Shown one piece after another: positions 48,208 to 58,500 of a stretch of 64,000 nucleotides of DNA. Below the pieces are notes generated by a model. The model did not search any database. It was not told the DNA's origin and saw only the letters and a list, made by a program, of their open reading frames with translations. This DNA is from Trueperaceae bacterium (GTDB lineage Bacteria > Deinococcota > Deinococci > Deinococcales > Trueperaceae), in assembly GCA_965213705.1 (NCBI GenBank), contig OZ243913.1:1600001-1664000 (forward strand), read 5' to 3'. The position numbers and the translations under genes were made by a program. Each line of letters opens with the position of its first letter. Position 1 is the first letter of the stretch.

Positions 48208-49881
48208 CTAACCGTACGCCTGCGAGCGGTTCAGCCGGAACTGCACGAAGGTAAAGCCGAAGATGATGACGAACAGCACCCAGGCGAGCGCCGAGGCGTA
48301 GCCAAAGTTGAACTGGTTGAAGCCGACCGTGTAGAGGTAATAAACGAGCGTCGTCGCGCCCTCGGGTATGGGTCTCGAGGGAAACAGCGCGTAGGGTTCG
48401 TTGAAGGCCTGCAACCCCGTCACCATCGTCGTAATGAGGACGAAAAAGGTCGTCGGCGCGAGCATCGGCAGGGTGACGTTGCGAAAGCGCTGCCAGGGGT
48501 TCGCCCCGTCGATTTGCGCGGCCTCGTAAAGGCTTTTGGGGATGCCCTGGAGCCCCGCTAAAAAGAGCACCGTGTTGTAACCGACGACCTGCCAGGCCGC
48601 CAGCAGCACGACCGAAACGAGCACCACGCTTGGGTCGGACAGCCACTCGATTTTCGGGTCGGGCAGCCCAAGAAAACTCGTGACTTGGGTAATCGTGTAC
48701 GACACGAACCCCGTCGTCGGCGTGTAAAGCCAGCGCCAAATGAGCGCCGTCCCCACCACCGCCGCGACCGAGGGCAAAAAGTAGAGCGCCCGGAAAAAGT
48801 TCATCCCCGGCAGTGACGAGTTCAAAATGAGCGACATGCCGAGCGCCGGCAAAATTGCCAGCGGCAGCAGCATGGCGCAGTAAAAGAGGGTGTTGAACAA
48901 ACTTATCCAGAACAAGCGGTCTTTCGCGCCGATGACGAGTCGGCGGTCGCCAAGCTTGACCTCGCGCACCAGGGCGTACCCGAACTTAAGCGTGTTCTGT
49001 GCGGCGGTGGTGTTGTTGGCGGGGAGGAGTTTGACCTCGAGCGCCAGCAACCGCGCGTAGTTGTTCACCCCCGTGACCTGCGGCACCCGCCCCACCGAAC
49101 TGTTGGTAAAACTCAGGTAAAACGACAGCAGCAGCGGCCCCGCGAAAAAGAACAAAAAGCCGATGACGTTGGGCGACAGCATGAACCAGCCCTGCCAGGC
49201 CGCGCGCCCGTCGGGCGTTTCGCCGAAGTAGTCGCCTAATATCAAGAGTTGCCACAGCAGCACGCCGGAGGTGAGCACCGCCGCGGTGAGGAGCCAGGTT
49301 TGGGGGCTCGAGTAAGCCAGAAGCGCACGGCTCAAACCTCCAAAAATATTTGCCCCCAACAAAATACCCGCGAGCGAAACGAGGCCGACAACGAGGCCGA
49401 CGCGCCGCAGCCATGTCGCCGCAGCACCGCCCTCCTCAAGCTGCCCCGCAACGTAATGAAGCACGTAGGCAAGCGCAAACCCGAGCGTCAGGTAGGGCCA
49501 CCGCATCACCCCGTCGACGATGCTCTCGAAGCTGCCGTACAACCCCCACACGCCGAACAGCGCGAACAAACTCAGCGCGAATGCGCCCAAGTCCACCCCG
49601 AGCGCGAGGTAGCGGCCCGCGCCGCGGCGCAGCATCATCAACACACTTGATAGAACTGCCAAAACAGCCGGGACGAGCAGAAAAACCCCGGCGAACAGTT
49701 GCACGGGTCGGCCCAAGTCGGCACTTTTTCCGGCGATAAAGAGCGTGTCGGCCCGCAGGATGTCGAGAGATAAACCCACGAGGTATACAGCCAGCAAGAC
49801 GTGCCAGACGGTCGCTATAACAATGACGGTCAGGGCTCGAGCGTTTGTACGGGCGGGGGCGGCGGTGCTTACGTTGCTCAA
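48208..49881 (-). CDS. carbohydrate ABC transporter permease (MalF-like) with extra N-terminal TM domain
   Basis: LYEAAQIDGA, TLPML and GYASA motifs. Confidence 0.9.
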   Translation of the reverse strand: MSNVSTAAPARTNARALTVIVIATVWHVLLAVYLVGLSLDILRADTLFIAGKSADLGRPVQLFAGVFLLVPAVLAVLSSVLMMLRRGAGRYLALGVDLGAFALSLFALFGVWGLYGSFESIVDGVMRWPYLTLGFALAYVLHYVAGQLEEGGAAATWLRRVGLVVGLVSLAGILLGANIFGGLSRALLAYSSPQTWLLTAAVLTSGVLLWQLLILGDYFGETPDGRAAWQGWFMLSPNVIGFLFFFAGPLLLSFYLSFTNSSVGRVPQVTGVNNYARLLALEVKLLPANNTTAAQNTLKFGYALVREVKLGDRRLVIGAKDRLFWISLFNTLFYCAMLLPLAILPALGMSLILNSSLPGMNFFRALYFLPSVAAVVGTALIWRWLYTPTTGFVSYTITQVTSFLGLPDPKIEWLSDPSVVLVSVVLLAAWQVVGYNTVLFLAGLQGIPKSLYEAAQIDGANPWQRFRNVTLPMLAPTTFFVLITTMVTGLQAFNEPYALFPSRPIPEGATTLVYYLYTVGFNQFNFGYASALAWVLFVIIFGFTFVQFRLNRSQAYG

Positions 49882-49926
49882 AACTACCTCCGGTCAGATA
49901 TTTACGCGTTCGGATTTCTTAAAACC

Positions 49927-50196
49927 TCAGCTAAATAAGTCGGCGTGTGTTCCTGTGCGTGCCAAGTACACCTCGTCCTCCGTCACGCGGTAAATGAGCA
50001 ACCAGTCCGGCTCTATGTGCAAGTCCCACAAGGGTTTCCAGTTCCCGGTCAAGGGGTGGGGTACATGCTTTCTTTCCAGCTCGACACCTGTGCTGAGGCG
50101 TTCGACGATAATCTCGAGCTTGGCAAGATTTTTACCCCGTTTCCGCATACGCTTGGTGTCTTTGCGAAAAGCGGAGGTCGTGACAATTTTTCGCAA
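49927..50196 (-). CDS. yafQ: YafQ/RelE family toxin
   Basis: FRKD.K, HPLTGNW, LHIEPDWLLIY and RTGTHADLF motifs. Confidence 0.92.
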   Translation of the reverse strand: MRKIVTTSAFRKDTKRMRKRGKNLAKLEIIVERLSTGVELERKHVPHPLTGNWKPLWDLHIEPDWLLIYRVTEDEVYLARTGTHADLFS

Positions 50197-50199
50197 AAC

Positions 50200-50463
50200 T
50201 TAACGCTCTTGCAGGGATTGTTTGAAGGCCTCGAGCGAGTCATGTCGCACCAGGTCGCGGCCCTCCTCAATATCCTTTATCGCCTGAACGGTTTCGGCGT
50301 TGGGAACCCGCACCTCGAAAGGAATACCCTGGTTCAACTCTACCTGATGATAAAACATACGAACGGCTTCACTGGGTTTGATACCCAGTTTGGCGAATAC
50401 GGCCTCGGCTGCCGCCTTGGTCTCAGGGTCGATGCGCACTTGGATTTGGTCGGTTTTACTCAT
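50200..50463 (-). CDS. dinJ: DinJ/RelB family antitoxin
   Basis: VRID, LGI..SEAVRMF, GIPF and PNAET motifs; TACATT 6 nt before ATG 50463. Confidence 0.92.
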   Translation of the reverse strand: MSKTDQIQVRIDPETKAAAEAVFAKLGIKPSEAVRMFYHQVELNQGIPFEVRVPNAETVQAIKDIEEGRDLVRHDSLEAFKQSLQER

Positions 50464-50542
50464 AGCACCAATGTAGTGCACTTGAATTACGTTTGCAACA
50501 GGAATTCCTACCGAAACGGCAGCAGAGGGACCCTCTCCAACA

Positions 50543-50568
50543 AGGAGCAGCCTCGAGAGGCTGCTCCT
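50543..50568 (-). terminator. hairpin downstream of the sugar-binding protein gene
   Basis: AGGAGCAGCCTC ga GAGGCTGCTCCT. Confidence 0.65.
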
Positions 50569-50590
50569 CTACGTTTCACAAGGTCGGCAC

Positions 50591-51853
50591 TTACTGGTCG
50601 AAGTCCGACGCGACTTGGGTGCAAATCGTGTTCGCGAACTCCTCGGCGCTCATCTCGCCGTTAAAAACCGAAGTGACAGCGTTGCCGTAGGCGGTGTCGA
50701 TGGCGGGCCAGTTGCCGCTGAAAAGGGGCGCTTCGGTGCGCACGTCGGCGGCGGTGGTGCCGTCGATAAAGGCCTGGTTGTTCACGCCCGAATCAGGCAG
50801 CGTGCCCAGGAAAAGGTCGATGGCTTCGTCGGTGCTGCGGCTCGGGATGTTCGCGCCCAAAGAAGCGATTTCACCCTGGATTTCGGGGCTGGTCAAACGG
50901 GTGACGAGTTCCCAGGCTTGCTCGGGGTTCGCGGTCTTAGCGTTGACGACGTAAGCGCCCCAGAACAGCCAGTTGGTCGCTTCGCCGCTCGGACCCGTCG
51001 GCAGGGGCGCGACGTTCCAGTTGAAGTCCGCGTTGGCGACGGTGCCGGGCGTGGCCCAGCGGCCGTTGATGAACATGCCGACGTTGCCCGCCAAAAAGGG
51101 AGGCTCGCCGTCGCTCTGCCAAGGTAAAGCTGCGCCGCTGTCAAAGAGGTCGGCAGCGAACTGCAAACCTTCGGCAGTCGCTTCGTTGTCCAAACCGCAA
51201 GCGCTGTAATCCTCGTTGAAAAAGCTGCCGCCCGCCGCGTTGACGAAGTAGCCCCAGTTCGCCCACCAGGCGTTCATGGCGAAGCCGTAGATTTCGTCGC
51301 CAAGCGCGCCGATTTCTTCGGCGTCGTTTTTGAAGGTTTCCCAGTTCCAGTCGCCCGTGCCGGGATAGTCCAAACCGGCTTCATCGAACAGGTCCTGGTT
51401 GTAGTAAATCGCAAAGGCCGATACGTCGCGCGGGACGCCCCAGAGCGCGTCCTGGCCCTCTTCGACACCCGTGGTCAAAAAGCCCATCGGGCCGGCGTAA
51501 AAGTCGTCGACGCTGAAGTCGCTGTCGGCGTTCGCGTATTCGCTCAAGTTGAGGATGAGGCCGGCTTCGGCGAAGCGCGCCACGTCGGTGCCCGGAATCC
51601 AAAACACGTCGGGCGCGGTGCCCGCTTCGATTTCGGTGACGAGCACGTCTTGGTACGAGGCGCTTTCCGAGCCGCCGGGTTCGTACTCCAGGGTCACGCC
51701 CTCGAACTCGTTGTCGATGGTTTCGCTGGCGCGTTGGTACACGTTGATTTCCGCCTGGTTGTCCGGGCGGGTGCGCCAGCGTAGCGTCACGTCTTGGGCG
51801 AAGACCTCCGCAGCGAACGCGAAAACGAGCACAGCTACGAGCAGTTTTTTCAT
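50591..51853 (-). CDS. sugar ABC transporter substrate-binding protein
   Basis: Signal peptide MKKLLVAVLVFAFA, APDV, YYNQDLFDEAGL and W.W..F motifs; GGAGG RBS. Confidence 0.92.
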   Translation of the reverse strand: MKKLLVAVLVFAFAAEVFAQDVTLRWRTRPDNQAEINVYQRASETIDNEFEGVTLEYEPGGSESASYQDVLVTEIEAGTAPDVFWIPGTDVARFAEAGLILNLSEYANADSDFSVDDFYAGPMGFLTTGVEEGQDALWGVPRDVSAFAIYYNQDLFDEAGLDYPGTGDWNWETFKNDAEEIGALGDEIYGFAMNAWWANWGYFVNAAGGSFFNEDYSACGLDNEATAEGLQFAADLFDSGAALPWQSDGEPPFLAGNVGMFINGRWATPGTVANADFNWNVAPLPTGPSGEATNWLFWGAYVVNAKTANPEQAWELVTRLTSPEIQGEIASLGANIPSRSTDEAIDLFLGTLPDSGVNNQAFIDGTTAADVRTEAPLFSGNWPAIDTAYGNAVTSVFNGEMSAEEFANTICTQVASDFDQ

Positions 51854-52080
51854 GTTTCCTCCTTTTGAAATGCGTAGACAGGCCGTCGCGTGGACAAAGC
51901 TCACCCCTGGGGTGAAGCGTGGAAACCTGTCTCGAGCACAACCACTATACCCGGCTGCGCGTGAGCTTGTGAAGCGCGGACGCTTCTCGAAACTTCATGA
52001 AGGCCGGGCTCTAAGACTGAGAGGTTTGTTTTCTCGCAGTCCTTATCCTCTTACGGCTTCAACGTTTATGATGCCAGACT

Positions 52081-54057
52081 ATGGACTTGGGCGCTTGCTA
52101 CTACCCCGAACATTGGCCCGAAGAAACTTGGGCACGAGACGCTGCGCGCATGAAAGACTTAGGCCTCACCTGGGTGCGAATCGGCGAATTCGCCTGGAGT
52201 CGGCTCGAGCCTGGCCCCGGCAAAATACAACTCGATTGGCTCGACCGTGCGATGGACACCTTAGGTAATGCTGGCTTGAAAGTCGTCCTCGGCACGCCCA
52301 CCGCGACGCCGCCGAAGTGGCTGGTCGACAAGTACGACGACGTTCTGCAAGTCGGCGCGGACGGTCATGAACGCAAGTTCGGCTCGCGGCGGCACTACTG
52401 TTTTAACTCACAGAGCTACCGCGATGAGACGACGCGCGTCGTCACGCTGCTCGCCGAGCGGTACGGCAAGCACGGCGCGGTGCAGGCGTGGCAAACCGAC
52501 AACGAGTACGGCTGTCACGACACGGTGCGCTGCTACTGCGAAAATTGTGCAAGGGCGTTCCGGGTGTGGCTCGAGGCGAAGTACGCAAACGTAGACGCCC
52601 TCAACGAAGCCTGGTGGAACGTGTTTTGGAGCATGGAGTACCGCTCTTTTAATGAAGTCGACCCCCCCAACCGCACCGTCACCGAACCCAACCCGAGCCA
52701 CGTGCTGGACTTTTACCGCTTTTCGTCCGACTCGGTCGTCGCTTACAACCGGCTGCAGTGCGACATTATCCGGCAACGTTCGAAAGCGCCCGTCACCCAT
52801 AACGCCATGCTTTTTTTCGGCGACTACGACGTTTTCAAGCTGGCGGGAGACTTGGACATCCTGACCTGGGACAGCTATCCGCTGGGGATGCTCGAGCAGT
52901 CCGCTTTGCCCGCCGAAGTCAAAGAAAAGTTCCTGCGCGTCGGCCACCCGGACCTCATCAGCCTCATGCACGACCTGTACTATGGCGCCAAGGACAAACC
53001 GTTTTGGGTGATGGAGCAGCAGCCGGGACAAGTGAACTGGGCACCGTCGAACCCGCTGCCCGCGCCCGGCGCGGTGCGGTTGTGGTCGCACCAGGCGTTC
53101 GCCCACGGGGCGGACGTAGTAGCTTACTTCCGCTGGCGCGCGGCCGTCGGCGCGCAGGAGACAATGCACGCCGGGCTCAACCACCACGACGGTTCGCCCG
53201 ACCGGGCCAGCGCCGAGGCGGCGCGGGTCGCGGCGGAAACGCCGGCAGACGCTTTCCCGGTCAGCGCCGACGTCGCGCTGCTGTTCGACTACGAAAACCT
53301 CTGGGCCACCGACCTGCAACCGCACGCACAGGGTTGGAGCTACTGGTCGCTCGTGTTCGAGTACTACAGCAGCCTGCGCGCTCTCGGGCTGAACGTCGCG
53401 CTGAGACACCCGAGCCACGACTTGACGCCCTACAAGGTGGTGTTCGCCCCGGCGCTGCACTTGGTCGACAGAGCGCTCGCCGAGAGTCTCGAGGCCTACG
53501 TCGAGGCGGGCGGACTCCTTGTCCTCGGGCCGCGGAGCGGTTTTAAGACGCCCTCGAACACGGCGCACACGCCCGCGCCCGGCCCGCTCGCGGCGCTCTC
53601 GGGCGTGTGCGTGCAGCACGTGGACGCCCTGCGCCCCGGCGTGACGGGGCACGTCCAAAGCGTCAACCAAAATGTCGGCCAGGACCTCAGCGGCGCACGG
53701 CTTGCCTACGCGACCTGGGCCGACCTGTTGACCCTGAATGGGGCCGAGGCCTTGGCGACTTACCTGGACCCCGCTTACGAAAGCGCCGTCGCCGTCGCCC
53801 AAAACGCTTTCGGGCGGGGTTTTTGCGTCACGCTCGGGATGTGGGGGAAGTCGGAGACGCACGCGGCCCTGTTCACCGCCCTTTTGGAAAAAGCCGGCCT
53901 GTCCGTGTCCCCCGTGCCGGCGGGTGTGCGGCGCAGCGTGCGCGGCCCCCACACCTACACCTTCAACTTCACGTCGGGCGAGGTCGCGGTGGGAGAAGTG
54001 GGGCTCGAGGCTTACGGTGTTTGTATAAACGGTGTCCGTTTGGAAGGTGCCGTTTAG
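52081..54057 (+). CDS. beta-galactosidase, glycoside hydrolase family 42
   Basis: YYPEHW, GEFAWSRLEP, TPTATPPKW, DNEYG, WVMEQQPG and YFRWR motifs. Confidence 0.95.
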   Translation: MDLGACYYPEHWPEETWARDAARMKDLGLTWVRIGEFAWSRLEPGPGKIQLDWLDRAMDTLGNAGLKVVLGTPTATPPKWLVDKYDDVLQVGADGHERKFGSRRHYCFNSQSYRDETTRVVTLLAERYGKHGAVQAWQTDNEYGCHDTVRCYCENCARAFRVWLEAKYANVDALNEAWWNVFWSMEYRSFNEVDPPNRTVTEPNPSHVLDFYRFSSDSVVAYNRLQCDIIRQRSKAPVTHNAMLFFGDYDVFKLAGDLDILTWDSYPLGMLEQSALPAEVKEKFLRVGHPDLISLMHDLYYGAKDKPFWVMEQQPGQVNWAPSNPLPAPGAVRLWSHQAFAHGADVVAYFRWRAAVGAQETMHAGLNHHDGSPDRASAEAARVAAETPADAFPVSADVALLFDYENLWATDLQPHAQGWSYWSLVFEYYSSLRALGLNVALRHPSHDLTPYKVVFAPALHLVDRALAESLEAYVEAGGLLVLGPRSGFKTPSNTAHTPAPGPLAALSGVCVQHVDALRPGVTGHVQSVNQNVGQDLSGARLAYATWADLLTLNGAEALATYLDPAYESAVAVAQNAFGRGFCVTLGMWGKSETHAALFTALLEKAGLSVSPVPAGVRRSVRGPHTYTFNFTSGEVAVGEVGLEAYGVCINGVRLEGAV

Positions 54058-54376
54058 GCGGCACCCATAAGGGCACCGTTACATAGACTACATAGACGCC
54101 AGCGCAGAGACACCGTCATAAATAGCAAATACTGTTGGCGCAAAGGCGCGGCGCAAAACGCGACCGGAAGCAAGCACCCTCGAGAAACCGGACTGCGCGG
54201 GCCGCAAGCACTGGGTAAACGCTCCGTGAACATCTTTTTCTTGTAATTTGTTGCGAGCGAACGTATACTGGGTGCGGTTCACAACCAAAAGCGTTTTGCA
54301 GGGCGGTGGCACGGTCTTTTTGCCTTAACCGTAGCTCACCCAAGCCGCGCCGAGCGCCAATCTCCTGGAGGTAGAA

Positions 54377-55465
54377 ATGAAACGACGCGATTTTCTGAAA
54401 AAAGCCGGTGTCGTTGCGGGCAGTACAGCGTTTTCACCGCTGATGTTCGCCAACGCCCAAGCCTCGACCTATCGGTGGGGCATGGTCACCTCGTGGCCGA
54501 CCTCGCTCGACACGATTTATGGCGGCGCGACGAACTCGGCCCAGTACATCAACGAAATGACCGACGGCGACGTAGAAATACAGGTCTACCCGGCGGGCGC
54601 ACAAGTCGGCGGCTTGGAAGTCTACGACGCCGTGTCTTCGGGCGCGTTCGAAATGGGCAACACCGCGTCTTACTACTACATCGGCAAAGACCCCACCCAC
54701 GCCTTTTTCACGACCGTGCCTTTCGGCATGAACGCCCAGCAGATGGACGCCTGGCTCACCGCGGGCGGCGGTCAAGCCTTGTTCAACGAACTCAACGCCA
54801 TCGACAACATGATTGCGTTTCCGGCCGGGAATACCGGGGTGCAGATGGGCGGCTGGTTCCGCAACGAAATCAACACGGTGGCGGACTTGCAAGGCCTGAC
54901 CATGCGCATCCCCGGTTTGGGCGGTCAGGCGATGAGCCGCGTCGGTGTAAACGTGCAAAACATTCCCGGCGGCGAAATTTTCTTGGCGCTCGACACCGGC
55001 GTCATCGACGCGACCGAGTGGGTCGGGCCGTACGACGACGAAATTTTGGGACTGAACACAGCTGCCCAGTTTTACTACGCGCCGGGTTGGCACGAGCCCG
55101 GCCCGACGCTCAGCAACTACATCAACTTGGACGTCTACAACGGCCTGCCCGGCGACATTCAGCAGATTTTGCAAAAAGCTTCGGCCGCCGCCAACCAGCA
55201 GATGTTGGCCGACTACGACGCCAAAAACGGTCCGGCCCTGAACCGTCTCGTCGAAGGCGGGACCCAGGTTCGCACCTTTTCCACAGAGATTTTGAACGCT
55301 TTAGAGACCGCCATGAACGAAATCCACGACGAGTTCGCAGGCCAAAACCAGCGCTACGCGAGCACCTTGGAGGCTTACCGCACCTTCCAGAGCGCGATTC
55401 GCGACTGGCACGAAATCGGCGAGTACGCCTACAGCAACTACGTGTACGGCGGCGCGGAGGAGTAA
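54377..55465 (+). CDS. TRAP substrate-binding protein (DctP/TakP-like), Tat signal
   Basis: MKRRDFLKK, GNTGVQMGGWF, MRIPGLGG, EWVGPYDD and PGWHEP motifs. Confidence 0.93.
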   Translation: MKRRDFLKKAGVVAGSTAFSPLMFANAQASTYRWGMVTSWPTSLDTIYGGATNSAQYINEMTDGDVEIQVYPAGAQVGGLEVYDAVSSGAFEMGNTASYYYIGKDPTHAFFTTVPFGMNAQQMDAWLTAGGGQALFNELNAIDNMIAFPAGNTGVQMGGWFRNEINTVADLQGLTMRIPGLGGQAMSRVGVNVQNIPGGEIFLALDTGVIDATEWVGPYDDEILGLNTAAQFYYAPGWHEPGPTLSNYINLDVYNGLPGDIQQILQKASAAANQQMLADYDAKNGPALNRLVEGGTQVRTFSTEILNALETAMNEIHDEFAGQNQRYASTLEAYRTFQSAIRDWHEIGEYAYSNYVYGGAEE

Positions 55466-55481
55466 GCTTCGCCAGTTCGGC

Positions 55482-55516
55482 ACAGACGTCCCCGGCTTTT
55501 GGCCGGGGACGTTTGT
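55482..55516 (+). terminator. intrinsic terminator
   Basis: ACAGACGTCCCCGGC ttttg GCCGGGGACGTTTGT. Confidence 0.7.
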
Positions 55517-55588
55517 CGTGTTGTGACGTTGTAGTGCGTGTCGAGGTAGAAACAAGCAGCGTGCGTGTCGAGCCTGTGCCGAGGTCCC

Positions 55589-58500
55589 CTAGCCCCCGTT
55601 TATCCCCTCCACCAACCGCGCCAGCAGCCGGGCCAGCACCCCGGCGCTCGCCAAGGTAAAGGTCTCGGTTGCCCGCACCTCCGCGAGCGCGGTGTCGTAG
55701 CGGCTTAGAGCGCGGGGTCCGCGCGCCAAAAAGTCGTCAAGGTTGGAGTTGGCCCGGTGGGCTCGAGCCTCCAAAAAGTGCCGACTGAGTTTGCGCTGGG
55801 TCTGGCGCAGGTCCATCACCAAACCGCCGCGCGCGACCTTGTCCCACTTGCTGGGGCTGGGCAGCTCGGTCAGGCGGTCGCGCAGCCAGCCGAGCGACAG
55901 GCGCTCGCCGACTTCGAAAAAGACCGGGGCAACTTCGGCGACGGGCAAGTCCAAGCCTTCGCTCACTTCGATGATGCCCACGCTGCTTGGTAGGTAGTCG
56001 AGCCCGGCGACGCTGCGCGCTAAGTCTTTGGGCAGACCCTGTTTGGTCCAGCTGCGAGTGCTCGCGGTAAAGCGCTCGCGCTCAACCGTGGACAAAAACT
56101 TGCCCAAACCGCCGCGCAGCTTCTGAAGCGGGTCGCGGTAGCTGCCGACGAACTCGGCGACGGAAGTCGCTTGCTGGTCGCTCAGCAGTATCCAGGTCAC
56201 GACGCCTTCGACCGCCTTGACGAGTTCGTCGAAAGCGCGGTACTGCACCTCGGTCGGCACGACGTTGTCGAGGGCGTTGATGTGAGTCACGAGCCGCTGC
56301 ACGTCTAAAAGTTCCAGGGCGATGAGCGCCGCGCGGATGACCTCGACCGGCTTTGCGCCGGTGTCGCGCAAGCTGCGGTGGACGAAGGTGATGCCGAGCA
56401 CGTCCACGACCGTGTTGGTGAACTGCGTGGCGATAATCTCGCGGCGCAACTGGTGCGTTTTGATGGCGGAGGGGTAGTGTTTCGCGAGTTGCGACGGAAA
56501 GTAAGCGAACAAGTAGTGTTGAAAATAGGGTTCGTCGGGAAAGTCGGTTTCTAAAAGCCGCCGGTACATGCCCATCTTGGTGTAGGCGAGCAAAATGGCG
56601 AGTTCGGGGCGGGTGTAGCTTTCGCCCACTTTTTGACGCTCGAGCAGCTCCTTGCGACCCGGCAAAAACTCGACCGCCGGGTTGAGCGCGCCGCGTTCTT
56701 GCAAGTAGTCGGCCAGCGACTCGAACAGCAGCGGGTCGCCCAAACTGCGCCGTTGGGCCAAAGACAGCGCGAGTGACTGGTAATAGTTGTCTTTCAAAAC
56801 GAGCGCGTTCACCTCGGCGGTCATCTCTTCTAACAAAAGGTTGCGCTCGTCGAACGACAGGTCATTAGGGAGCAGCGGTTGCAGCAGGATTTTGATGTTG
56901 ACCTCGTGGTCGCTCATGTCGACGCCCGCCGAGTTGTCAATCGCGTCGGTGTTGATGCGGCCACCCCCGCGGGCGTACTCGACCCGGGCGAGTTGGGTAA
57001 AGCCTAAGTTGCCGCCCTCGCCCACGACTTTGACGTTCAGGGCGTCGGCGTCGACGCGGACTAAGTCGTTGCTCGAGTCGCCCACTTCCGCGTCAGTTTC
57101 CAAACTCGACTTGACGTAAGTGCCGATGCCGCCGTTCCAAAGCAGGTCGGCCGGGGCCTTGAGAATCGCCTGGATAAGGGCCTGGCCGCTCAACGCGTCG
57201 GCCTCGACCCCCAACATTTCCTTAACCTGCGGGCTCAGCGCAATCGACTTCGCGCCTCTTTCGAACACGCCGCCGCCCTCGCTGACAAGCTCAGGGTCGT
57301 AGTCCTGCCAGGTCGAGCGCGGCAGCTCGAACAGGCGCTTGCGCTCCTCAAAACTCGTCGCCGGGTCGGGGTCCGGGTCTAAAAAGATGTGCAGGTGGTT
57401 GAACGCCGCCAACAGCTTGAGTTTGTCGGTGTAAATCAGGCCGTTGCCGAACACGTCGCCCGACATGTCGCCTATGCCGACCGCGCTGAAGGTGTCTTCA
57501 TGAACGTCGACACCCATTTCCCGAAAGTGCCGCGCCACGCACTCCCACGCGCCGCGCGCGGTGATGCCCTCACGCTTGTGGTCGTAGCCGTACGAGCCGC
57601 CCGAGGCGAAGGCGTCGCCGAGCCAGAAGTCGTACTCGGCGGCGACTTCGTTCGCTAAGTCGCTAAAGGTCGCGGTGCCCTTGTCCGCGGCGACGACGAG
57701 GTAGGGGTCGGGCTCGTCGTAGATGAGCACCTCTTTGGGGTGGACGGTTTGCCCGTTGACGAGGTTGTCGGTGATGTCGAGCAGCCCGCTGATAAACAGC
57801 CGGTACTGCTCGCGGCCGTAGGCGCGGAGCGCGTCGCGCTCGAGGGGCGCGTTTTTAAGGACGAAGCCCCCCTTGGACCCGACCGGCACGATGACGGCGT
57901 TTTTGGTCATCTGCGTTTTCATGAGGCCCAGCACTTCGGTGCGAAAGTCGTCCGGGCGGTCCGACCAGCGGATGCCGCCGCGCGCCACCTTGCCGCCGCG
58001 CAAGTGTGCCCCCTCGACGCCCAAACCCGACACGGCGATTTCATATAGAGGCCGCGGCTCGGGCATACTGCTCACTTTTTTCGACTCGAGCTTGAAACTG
58101 ATGACGCTGCGGTTGAGAAAAAAGTTGCTGCGCACGCTCGAGTCCACTAAGTTGAACAGCCCGCGCAGCGTCGTGTCTTCGGGCAGCGAAGCGACGTTGT
58201 TCAGCGCGTCCAAAAACTCGCTTTTGAGACTTTCGAAAGCGCTTTCGCGGTCGCCGTCGAAAGCGGGGTTGAACTTCGTGGCAAACGCCGCGTAAAGGAT
58301 GGCGGCCAACTTAGGATGGTTCAGCAGCGTCTCGTTGATAAAACTGCGGCTCGTCACCGCGTTCAGTTGGGCGTAGTACATCTGGTAAGCGCGCAGCAGC
58401 GCAACTTGGCGCACCTCCAAGCCGCCGTAGAGGACGAGCCGGTTCAGGCGGTCGCTCTCGGCCCGGCCGCCGAGCAGCAGGGTGAGCGCTTCGACGAGCC

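Noticed and set aside
51973..51988. GAAGCG-CGGA-CGCTTC as an operator between the binding-protein and GH42 genes
   Set aside because: Short, poor match to the LacI consensus, and no regulator gene nearby to support it.
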